This document shows positions 19,778-29,190 of a stretch of DNA of 64,000 nucleotides, in pieces. The notes below the pieces were generated by a model, which was not told where the DNA came from, ran no database searches, and saw only the letters and a list, made by a program, of their open reading frames with translations. Source of the DNA: a bacterium (lineage in GTDB: Bacteria; Electryoneota; Electryoneia; Electryoneales; Electryoneaceae); contig JAIOHU010000194.1 in NCBI GenBank assembly GCA_019912845.1, forward strand, positions 38,603 to 102,602, read 5' to 3'. How positions within the stretch are numbered: the first letter of the stretch is position 1; the number at the start of each line of letters is the position of its first letter. Made by a program: the position numbers and the translations under genes.

Positions 19778-21919
19778 ATGATCTATCCTACTCGAAAAAT
19801 CCTGTTTACCATCTTCTGCCTCACTTCCCTTCTTATAAGTTCAACACTGCTTTTCGCACAGGAAGGCATAGAGCTGTTGTCAACCATTGAGAATGAATCG
19901 TGGGAACGTGTCTGGGATGTTACCTACGAGGACAATTTGCTGTATGTATGTGCCGCATCGGAAGGTATGTTTATTTATAATGTTGAGGATCTGGAAAACC
20001 CCGAATTATTGGGTGAGTTCACCACCGGAGCGACAATGAGGCAGGTGACAATCAAATCTGAATATGCCTATATCGCTGCCGCCAGTCAGGGGATGTATGT
20101 TGTGGATATCAGCACACCCACCAATCCCGTGTTGCGTTCTCAACTTGAAATCGACGAATTCACCTGGACAATTGATGTTCATGGCAACATGGCGTATGCC
20201 ACCGAGTTCGGTGATATCTATGCGATTGATATTTCCGACCCGGACGACCCGGAAATTCTATCTGTCATTGATGCACGTTGCTGTCAGAGGAAGGCACTGA
20301 TCAGGGATGGAATCTCTTACTCGCCATCCGAAAATTGGGGTTTCCAAACCATTGATGTTTCCGACATTTTCAATCCTGTTCAACTGGACATGGAACGTGA
20401 GTACAGTGGGACAGCGTATGATGTAGCGTTGCAGGGGGACTATGCTTATGTCGCATATGCACGACAAGGCATTCTCGTGTACGACATTTCCGATCCGTCA
20501 GATATCTTTGTCGCCGGACGAACCTGGGAATATAACAACATTTTCGGGATAGATGTTCAGGATGGGTATGCTTACTTTACCAATAGTTCAAATGGTATAT
20601 CTGTGCTGGATATCAGCAATCCTGTTGATCCTGCACCAGTCGGATCACATGATGTTGAGGGTGTAATATACGGACTCGCCATAAATCCACCCTATGCATT
20701 CATACCTGCAGGAAACACTGTATCAATCTTTGATTGTTCGGAAGCGATCGGTTATGATGACCAGGAAGAGGTAAACATCCCTCTTGCAACAAATCGTTAC
20801 GAACTGGTTTCCATGCCTCGTCTCCCCTTAGACCTCTTCGCAATCAACTTGTTCGAAGATATCCCCCATCTTGCTATCGTACAAAACGAGCAGGGGCAGG
20901 TTCATATACCTGACCTGATCGACGCCGATTGGATGGTGAATCCTACCGAAGCCTACATGATTTATACAAGCGAAGAGAGCGAATGGGTCTATACAGGTAC
21001 AACCATCCGTGCCGACCATGAGTTCAACCTCCAACCTGATACCTGGAATTGGATTGGCTATCCCTTCACTGACGAAATGCTGGTAGAACAAGCGATGGAA
21101 CCGATTTATGATGAGCTGGAAATTATTCTCAATGATGACGGTGAGATTTTCATTCCTGATCCGGATTTTAACATCAACACCATGGGGAATATGACACCCG
21201 GCGAAGGTTATCGTGTCTTTGTAAATGAGGAAGTCGACCTGGAGTATCCAGAGGAACTCGAACGTGCCGGAGCTTTTACAACGGAAAAATGGAATATCCC
21301 TGAAATTGAAGATACTCCTCATGCGACAGGTTTGCCCTGGGTTGTCCTGGTGACGCTGGACGAAAGTATGAAACAGCAGGCAGCGGTTATCGAACTCTAT
21401 GACGGCAACGTTTTGGTCGGCAGAGCTGCTGTGCTCGAAGACAAACCGGTCACGCCGGTAACAGCATGGCAGGCGATCCCGGAGCATGATATTCCAGGCT
21501 TTTTCCCCGGAAATCCGATCAGTGTGAAAGTGTTGGATGAAAGCGGTGAAGTCGTTGGTGAATCAGGGAGTGCAAACGTCAGCTCATCAGCTTTTGGTAA
21601 AGGTCCTTATGCTGAAATCACGGTATCTGCAATCGAGAATGAATCTGAACTCCCACTCGAACTTTCCATGGGCAAAGCCTATCCGAACCCGTTTAATCCG
21701 TCGATCACTGTTCCATTTACCCTGCCGGAAAAAATGGAAGTCAGTTTGAGTTTATACAATATCGTTGGGCAGCTGGTAGCGGAATTGAACCAGGGAGTGC
21801 TGGATCGAGGTCACCATGAATTGGTCTTCGAAGCTGTGAACCAGACTTCCGGTGTCTATTTCCTCGTCTTGAAAGCTGGCGAACATCACGCCATGCAGAA
21901 GGTGATTTTGTTGAAGTAG
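19778..21919 (+). CDS. Secreted LVIVD-repeat protein with uncharacterised middle module and T9SS type-A CTD
   Basis: Signal peptide LFA/QEG, about 7 LVIVD repeats ending IFDCSEA, middle module homologous to the 51153-54188 protein, YPNPFNP CTD. ATG 19778 follows a GGAG RBS. Confidence 0.88.
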   Translation: MIYPTRKILFTIFCLTSLLISSTLLFAQEGIELLSTIENESWERVWDVTYEDNLLYVCAASEGMFIYNVEDLENPELLGEFTTGATMRQVTIKSEYAYIAAASQGMYVVDISTPTNPVLRSQLEIDEFTWTIDVHGNMAYATEFGDIYAIDISDPDDPEILSVIDARCCQRKALIRDGISYSPSENWGFQTIDVSDIFNPVQLDMEREYSGTAYDVALQGDYAYVAYARQGILVYDISDPSDIFVAGRTWEYNNIFGIDVQDGYAYFTNSSNGISVLDISNPVDPAPVGSHDVEGVIYGLAINPPYAFIPAGNTVSIFDCSEAIGYDDQEEVNIPLATNRYELVSMPRLPLDLFAINLFEDIPHLAIVQNEQGQVHIPDLIDADWMVNPTEAYMIYTSEESEWVYTGTTIRADHEFNLQPDTWNWIGYPFTDEMLVEQAMEPIYDELEIILNDDGEIFIPDPDFNINTMGNMTPGEGYRVFVNEEVDLEYPEELERAGAFTTEKWNIPEIEDTPHATGLPWVVLVTLDESMKQQAAVIELYDGNVLVGRAAVLEDKPVTPVTAWQAIPEHDIPGFFPGNPISVKVLDESGEVVGESGSANVSSSAFGKGPYAEITVSAIENESELPLELSMGKAYPNPFNPSITVPFTLPEKMEVSLSLYNIVGQLVAELNQGVLDRGHHELVFEAVNQTSGVYFLVLKAGEHHAMQKVILLK

Positions 21920-21922
21920 ATC
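21677..21922 (+). repeat. 246-bp CTD-coding segment repeated at 27811-28056
   Basis: Ungapped match with about 27 mismatches by hand count (about 89% identity), including a 65-nt identical tract. Confidence 0.9.
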
Positions 21923-22031
21923 TGGCTATGAGACAAGTTTATGTGTTTTCATGAAGAAATTGCTTATATGTTAGTTAAGCATTTCTGAATGTAATTTTAA
22001 CACAAAATGTAAAGATAAGGCAGAAGGTATA

Positions 22032-24200
22032 ATGAAAAGAATGATGGTTACTTTGACAATTATAGTGTGCCTAAGTTCGATAGGTTCCGCTTATTCTCAG
22101 GATAGTCTTAATGTCAACATGGTTAAGCAATATTACAGCAACTGGGATTATGCCAGTGATATTGCCGTATCAGGAGAATTTGCATTTGTAACGACATTGA
22201 GAACTGGTTTGAGTGTTCTGGACATTCGCGATCGACACAATCCCGTTGAGGTTGCAAGATGCAGAACAGTTGGTAGGGCTGGAAACATCACTATCCAAGG
22301 TGAACTCGCCTATATTGGCGATTCCCGAGATGGTTGGTTATCAGTTATTGATATAAGTTCACCACAAAATCCACTAGAAATTGGACAATTCCAGTTTGAC
22401 GAACCTATCACAGATGTTGTCATTGAGGGAGACTTTGCTTTTCTCGCCTGTCGCCAAAGTGGTTTGATAGTTGTGGATGTAAGTAATCCAACTGATCCCA
22501 CAATTGTTGATATATACGATACTCCTGGAAATGTCTCTAAAATAGCAATAGCGGGAAATTGTGCGTTTGTGACAGATTCAGATAGCGTACGAATAATCAG
22601 TATTTCTGATGTGATGAATATGGAAGAGTTAGCTGCATTTCCTGCGATACCTTCAGATGTTCATGTCGACAATGGTATCGCCTATGTTTCAGATTGGTCA
22701 GGAGGAATGCATATTATTGATGTAAGCGAACCTGCAAACCCTGTGGAAATGAGTTACTTTATTACTCCACCAAACGCTACGAGCGTTAGTGTTTCAGGAA
22801 ACCTGGTCTATCTTACGCTTGACAATACCGATGTCGATCTCGTGATCATTGATGTTACTGACCCATATAATGCTCTTCAACTTGAAGGTCTTGTAACGAC
22901 AAATAGAACTGAAAATGTTGCTATTGTTGATAATTTTTCCTTTCTAGCTGAAGGGTATGCAGGAATTCAAGTATTTGATGTCACCGAACCTACAGATCCT
23001 TTGCCGGTTGGAGCATATGACCCGTGGGGAAGACTTACAAGAATTGAAAAGAGAGATAGCTTGTTGTTCATTGGAGGGGTAAAAGATACAGACAATACTG
23101 GTGTTTTACGTATCTTGAACATTGGAGATCCAGATCATCCCGTTGAGTTGGGGGAATGCAACCTACCGGGCAGTCCCAAGGAAATTGTGATATCTAATAG
23201 TTACCTATATATAGCTAATGACCATAGCGGACTGTCAGTTATAAACATAGAAGATCTATTAAATCCACAACTAATGGCTTCACTAGGTACAGCACATCGT
23301 GCATATGATGTTTCAATTTTTGAGGGCTGTGCCTACGTTGCAGATTTTGTCGGAGGTTTACGTATTATTGATATTTTAGATCCCTCAAACCCTTCTGAAG
23401 TCACATCCATTGAAACAATCCAAAGCACAAATGCTGTTGAAGTCTTGGACAATATGGCTTACCTAACAGACGAGGATATAGGACTGATTGTTTTTGATAT
23501 AAACGATCCCGAGCATCCGTTGGAAATGGACCGCTATACAAGTCCCCAAAGTGCGACTGATGTAGCAATTTCAAATGGATTTGCGTATGTCGCAAGCGGT
23601 AATCACCTATATATAGTGGACATTAGTGATCCGGAAAATCTTTCTGAAATCTCTATATTTGATAATTCTGGTGAGATAGATGGCGTAACAATTTCAAATG
23701 GATTTGCGTATTTGACGGAAAAAGATGAAGGATATCTTTATATTCTTGATGTACAGGACCCAGCAAATCCAGTTGAGGCTGGCTATTATAACACACCTGG
23801 GGAAGCTTGGGATTTAGTAGTTTCGGATCAAATTGTATTTGTAGCTGACAATAATTACCTGGATGTATTAGACTGTACAGAGGCAATTGAATGGACTGGA
23901 GTTTACGATCAATGGTCATCGCTTCCCTTGGAGGCTATTGTTCAACAAGCATATCCTAATCCATCAAATTCAACAATTACGATACCGTTTGACACTTTCA
24001 ATCCAACACAATTGGAAATCGCAATTTTTAATGTTCTGGGATTACAGGTATTCTCGGCTATTCAAGGATATGGTACCGGACATCATCGATTTGTACTCGA
24101 TTGCAATCAACCTGGACTAAATTTAGTAAGTGGTACATACTTTCTGAAATTCAAAATGAAGGAAAGTACCTTTACCAGGAAGATTACCTTGCTGAAATAG
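22032..24200 (+). CDS. Secreted LVIVD-repeat (double propeller) protein with T9SS type-A CTD
   Basis: Signal peptide AYS/QDSLN, about 14 LVIVD repeats ending LDCTEA, YPNPSNS...SGTYF...RKITLLK. Confidence 0.9.
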   Translation: MKRMMVTLTIIVCLSSIGSAYSQDSLNVNMVKQYYSNWDYASDIAVSGEFAFVTTLRTGLSVLDIRDRHNPVEVARCRTVGRAGNITIQGELAYIGDSRDGWLSVIDISSPQNPLEIGQFQFDEPITDVVIEGDFAFLACRQSGLIVVDVSNPTDPTIVDIYDTPGNVSKIAIAGNCAFVTDSDSVRIISISDVMNMEELAAFPAIPSDVHVDNGIAYVSDWSGGMHIIDVSEPANPVEMSYFITPPNATSVSVSGNLVYLTLDNTDVDLVIIDVTDPYNALQLEGLVTTNRTENVAIVDNFSFLAEGYAGIQVFDVTEPTDPLPVGAYDPWGRLTRIEKRDSLLFIGGVKDTDNTGVLRILNIGDPDHPVELGECNLPGSPKEIVISNSYLYIANDHSGLSVINIEDLLNPQLMASLGTAHRAYDVSIFEGCAYVADFVGGLRIIDILDPSNPSEVTSIETIQSTNAVEVLDNMAYLTDEDIGLIVFDINDPEHPLEMDRYTSPQSATDVAISNGFAYVASGNHLYIVDISDPENLSEISIFDNSGEIDGVTISNGFAYLTEKDEGYLYILDVQDPANPVEAGYYNTPGEAWDLVVSDQIVFVADNNYLDVLDCTEAIEWTGVYDQWSSLPLEAIVQQAYPNPSNSTITIPFDTFNPTQLEIAIFNVLGLQVFSAIQGYGTGHHRFVLDCNQPGLNLVSGTYFLKFKMKESTFTRKITLLK

Positions 24201-24515
24201 AACAATAGCACGGAATCTTGTATTCCGAGAAAAAGGTTCCCTGAGTCGACGCAAGCGATCAAATTGAAATTGTATTGGTGAATTAATGTTTCGCTACTAG
24301 AGAGACGATTCCGACAAGTGGACAACCTGAACCACTTCAATCGGCCATCAGAGGTGAAGACAATCCAAATTGATGTGAGAATCTTAAGCTGTTGAGATGT
24401 ATGATTAGGTTCAATCGGAATCGCTCTGAATCTTTTCCCTGGGATGCAAGTTCCCTGGCTACGCTTACTAGAACGAACAGCTACATGATAGTAATAGTTT
24501 ATGAGGAGATCAGTT

Positions 24516-27500
24516 TTGAAACTATTCACTGCGTTGTTAATGTCAATAATTCTTTTCTGCACAACAGCCTCTGTTTTTGGTCAAGACAGCTTGAACATAA
24601 ACATTATCTCCAGGCTGGATACTCCTGGATGGGCAAGAAGTATCGCAGTATCAAATGGACATGCCTTCGTTGCAGACAGTGCGAATGGAGTTCGAATTAT
24701 TAATGTTGAAGATAGGACTAACCCATGGCACGTAGGAGTATTTGACCCACTTTCTGAAGCATTTGAAGTGAATGTCTCCGAGGACATTCTCTATGTAACA
24801 ACTCGTTCCGGTGTTCACATACTGAGTTTGGATAATCCCGCAACCCCGGAAGAGATCAGTGTATACGAAAACGGACAATTTGGAACTATTCAAGTTCAAG
24901 ATGGGATTGCCTACCTGTCATATGGTCGGAACCTTAGAATTGTTGATGTGACGGATCCTGAAAATCCAACATTCATTTCTGATTGTGGGGTTGTAGCTTC
25001 TCCCCTTGGAATCGACATTTCAGAGGAATATGCCTATTTGGCGTGCAACAATGATGGTGGACTTAGGATTATTGATATCTCCGACCTCTTTAACCCCGTT
25101 GCGATGGGGTTCTATGATACCATTGGATGGGCGAATGATGTTGCGGTTGATGGTGATATCGCTTGTGTTGCTGATGGACCACGCGGTTTGCATTTGATCG
25201 ACATAAGCAATCCTGATTCTCCCCAATTAATCAGTAGCGTTGATTTGCCTGGCTATTCACGACGCGTTCAGATTATTCAAAATCACGCAATTGTAGCAGC
25301 GAGTGGCGGCGGGTTGCGAATCGTAGATTTCAGTGACCCTGAAGACCCCATGATAACAGGGTTCTACAGAACACCTGGCGGTGCAGAAAGTATATATGCA
25401 AAATCAATACGCTTATGTAGCTGATAATATTTATTTCGATATTTTCGATTGTTCCGATGCACTGCTTGATCCTGGACCTGCAAATGTTTTCGGTGTTGTC
25501 ACAGATAGCATTAATGCGCACCCAATACCAAATGCGACTGTTAGATTTAATCTAAACGAAACAGTTACTGATGAGAATGGAGAATATTCCCTGGTTGATT
25601 TGGAGTTTGGTGAATATAATATCAGGGTATCAGCAAATGGTTATCAAGATTTCATCCAGAACGGAGTATATATTTGGCCGGGCGATAATTTTTTAGACTT
25701 TGATCTACGTTATTCAGATAGTCTCAACATTAATATGTTGTGCCTATTGGATACTCCAGACAATTCACATGCTGTTGCTTTCAGTGATAGTTATGCCTTT
25801 ATCGCATCAGAAGAAGCTGGATTGGTTGTTGTCGATGTAAGTGACCCTGAAAATGCTACTGTCATAAGTACATTCGATACTCCAGATTGGGCAAATGGAA
25901 TTGATGTGGTAGATGGATATGCCTATGTCGCAGATGCAGAATCAGGTTTAAGAATAATAGATGTAACTGACCCTGAAAATCCTGCTGAGATTGGAGTTTA
26001 TAACACACCCGGTTATTGCCACGATGTAATCGTTATAGACAATATTGCTTATGTAGCTGATCGATTTGGTGGGCTCAGAGTTCTTGATGTAAGTGATCCT
26101 GCGCATCCGGTTCAAATTGGTGTTTACAACACAAATGACATGGCACATAGTATTGATTATTCTGATGGTTACGTGTATATCGGAAGCATTTATAGCAGAA
26201 TTCATATTATCAATGTTTCAGATCCCGCAAATCCCCAACAAGTAAGTTCAATTAATATGAACCGAACTGATGATATCACTGTCAGCCAAGGTTTCCTGTA
26301 TGTAGCTGCCAGAAGTGATGGTTTAGTAATATTTGATGTCACGGATCCTGCAAATCCGAGAGAGATGGGAAATTATGATGCGAGCGGTTCAGTCTCTGGT
26401 GTCGAGTATGTTGATGGATACGCATTCTTGACTGCTTCCTGGGCTGGTGGATTCCATGTTGTTAACGTATTCAATCCTGAAAATCCCTATCAGACAGGAT
26501 ATTATGATACCCCGGCACAAGCATTTGATGTGGTCGTTGAGGATAACCTTGCTTATGTAGCTGATTATCATAGTTTCCAAATTTATGATTGCACAGAAGC
26601 TACACCAGAAATATTACCAGCTTCGGTTTCAGGCAGAGTTAGTGATAGCGGAACTGATCAAGGGATTGTGCATGCTGAAGTAAGATTTGGAAATCGATCT
26701 GCATACACTGACCTTGATGGTAATTATCAACTCCACGATTTGGGGTCAGTGAACTATGATGTGAGAATTACTGCAACTGGATATCGTGGTTTTACACAGG
26801 AAAATTTCCAGGTATTGGAGGGTGAAAACGAGTTTAATGCAGTACTGATCTTGGATGACAGTCTAAATGTGAATCGAATTTCAATTTTAGAATCTCCACA
26901 AGTAGCACGAAATGTATTTGGAACAAGTGAACATCTTTTTATTGCAGATAGTATTGATGGACTCAGGATTTTCGATATATCGGATCCTGTGAATCCAAAT
27001 CAAATTGGAGTTACAGAAACTATCACAGGCGCCTGGGATGTTGAATTCATCAATATTACAACATTTGCATTATCCAGTTCCGATGGAATTCATATAATTG
27101 ATCCACAAATTAGGATGTCACCTGTTGAAGTTGGATTTATTGAAACTGCTGGAGACGCCTACGGTATCGAATCAATGGATCATTTCCTTTTAGTCGCCTC
27201 GGGTACAGATGGTTTGCTGATTATTGATGTGGCAGACAGGAATAACCCTGTGGTGGTGGGGTCGATAGAGACTACTGGTTTTGCCTGGGATGTTTCGGTT
27301 CAAGGAAATACCGCTCTGATTGCGGACGGTGCTGATGGAGGTGTCCGTCTGATTAATATTGAAAACCCTGCAGATCCTGTTGAAATAGGGTTTATTGTTA
27401 CTGAGGGATCGGCTCTTGGAATTGTAGTAGATGATGATCTTGCTTATGTCGCCGATGGAATAGCTGGATTGAAGATTATCGATATGAGTAACGTAGAAAT

Positions 27501-28053
27501 GCCAGCAATTATTGCGTCCTATGCTGTACCAGGCATATCAACCAATGTGTTTCTTGAAAATGGAGTTCTCTACCTTGCATCACAGTTTGCCGGTTTACGA
27601 ATTATTGATATAGAGGATCCTGAAAATCTGCATGAGAGCGGATACTACACGACTGAAGGGAATGCATTGGCAGTAGCGGCTCGAGAAGAATTCGCCTATG
27701 TCGCTGCGGGTGAATTTCTCGAAATTTACGATTGTTCCAGCGCGCTTGGCTGGAATCCTGTGCAAAACCGAACTGATCTTGTCCCACCTTCTACAATCGC
27801 TCTGGAGCCAGCCTATCCGAACCCGTTTAATCCGTCGATCACTGTGCCATTTACCCTGCCGGAAAAGATGGATGTACGTTTGAGACTGTACAATATCATC
27901 GGGCAGCAGGTGGCTGAATTAAATCAGGGAGTGCTGGATCGAGGTCACCATGAATTGGTCTTCGAAGCTGTGAACCAGACTTCCGGTGTTTATTTCATCG
28001 TGTTGGAAGCGGGTGAACATCAAGCCATGCAGAAGGTGATACTGCTAAAATAG
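24516..28053 (+). pseudogene. Frameshifted LVIVD-repeat T9SS cargo gene (three propellers, two carboxypeptidase-regulatory-like linkers, CTD), split into ORFs 24501-25424 and 25381-28053
   Basis: ORF1 has the signal peptide (VFG/QDSLN) but no CTD. ORF2 has no signal peptide and resumes mid-repeat (NQYAYVAD). The frame changes near TATATAT at 25391-25397. TTG 24516 follows a GAGGAG RBS. Confidence 0.85.
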
Positions 28054-28114
28054 ATCAATATGCCGGATTAAAATAACTCTGTTGGGAATCAAATACTGCC
28101 GATTAATTCAGCGT

Positions 28115-28149
28115 AAAAATTAAGGCGTCGACCAATTTCGACGCCTTAA
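28115..28149 (-). terminator. Intrinsic terminator with its U-tract on the minus strand
   Basis: Perfect 12-bp stem TTAAGGCGTCGA/TCGACGCCTTAA with a 6-nt loop. AAAAA lies on the + strand 5' side. Confidence 0.85.
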
Positions 28150-28209
28150 GGGTACTGGAGGGAGAGAATATGCGCTGGTATTCCCTTCGTTGAAGGGAAA
28201 CTCGTAAGA

Positions 28210-28302
28210 TTATATTTTTGTTGAAACCGCTGCTCTGCGTAGGATCAGAAAAACACTTTCCATCACCACTATTCCGATAAGACTAATGAGTAACAGTGCC
28301 AT
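28210..28302 (-). CDS. Small hydrophobic membrane peptide, 30 aa (MALLLISLIGIVVMESVFLILRRAAVSTKI)
   Basis: ATG with an AGGTAG RBS-like motif, one TM-like helix plus a basic tail, lying between a sigma54-type promoter and a terminator. Below the ORF-track cutoff. Confidence 0.6.
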   Translation of the reverse strand: MALLLISLIGIVVMESVFLILRRAAVSTKI

Positions 28303-28359
28303 TTTCTAATCTACCTGTTAATTGTCATTATTCCTGCATTCAATTTCATTTAAGTTATT

Positions 28360-28376
28360 AGCAACCACTATGCCAA
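28360..28376 (-). promoter_or_regulatory. Sigma54 (RpoN) -24/-12 promoter
   Basis: The minus strand reads TTGGCAT-AGTGG-TTGCT, matching TGGCAC-N5-TTGCW with exact GG-N10-GC spacing. Confidence 0.75.
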
Positions 28377-28657
28377 AGTATGTCCAGCTATTCACAGCTT
28401 TGCATAGAACGCTGTTTCTCTGCCTGAACAGGTTACGAACAAAAGGTTTGGCTATTTATTTCGGTAACAATAATGAAAAGCAGAATCTTGAATTTCTTAT
28501 GATTTTCAAAGTTACCTCGGATCGCTCCTGCATTTGACTACTCAGCCACAAATAAAATTGTAGCGGTTTGCTACTGTTTTTATCATTGGAGGAATATCCA
28601 ATTTCTTGTTCCACCTCTCTGGAGATTCTATTTTAAAGGCAAACTTGGAGGAGGAAA

Positions 28658-29179
28658 ATGCAACATATCGAAATACCGGAATCATGGGATAAAACAGTCG
28701 CAGTTTTCGGCGGAAGTGACTGGGATGTGGAGAGTGACAACTGGACTTTGGGAATTGAGATCGGACGTTTGCTGGGACGGCTCGGTTTAAAGGTCGTGAA
28801 CGGTGGCTATTCCGGCTGTATGGAAGCTGTCAGCATCGGGGCGAAGGATACCGGCAGCACGACAATAGGTGTCCTGCATACATCGCCAGAAGAAAAACAA
28901 GCAAACGATTATATAGATGAATATATCCTGGCATCGGATTACCTCGACCGTATGCGAATTCTGATGAGTGTTCCTATCGCGGTTGTCCTTCCAGGAAAAA
29001 GCGGGACGTTAGCGGAGGCTGCCGCATCCTATGCATTATTAAAACGCAACCCGGAACGTAAACTGATGATCTTCGCGCCCTATTGGGAGGATAAACTTCG
29101 TCCGATGTTCGAACAGTTTGAAGGAAACGAAATCCTGCCCGAAGGTTTGCACTGGTTTAACGATCCTGTTGAATTGTAG
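28658..29179 (+). CDS. LOG family (Rossmann-like nucleotide phosphoribohydrolase) protein
   Basis: VAVFGGS, VVNGGYSGCMEAVS.GA, VLPGKSGTLAE (a PGGxGTxxE variant). Strong GGAGGAGG RBS. Confidence 0.85.
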   Translation: MQHIEIPESWDKTVAVFGGSDWDVESDNWTLGIEIGRLLGRLGLKVVNGGYSGCMEAVSIGAKDTGSTTIGVLHTSPEEKQANDYIDEYILASDYLDRMRILMSVPIAVVLPGKSGTLAEAAASYALLKRNPERKLMIFAPYWEDKLRPMFEQFEGNEILPEGLHWFNDPVEL

Positions 29180-29190
29180 CTGGATAACTT

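Noticed and set aside
24230..24280. c-di-GMP-I riboswitch suggested by GACGCAAGC
   Set aside because: The GGCAAAC-stem-GAAA tetraloop P2 and the P3 layout are missing.
21677..28056. Diversity-generating retroelement TR/VR pair
   Set aside because: Mismatches are mostly at synonymous third positions and not adenine-specific, both copies are coding CTDs, and no reverse transcriptase is in the window.
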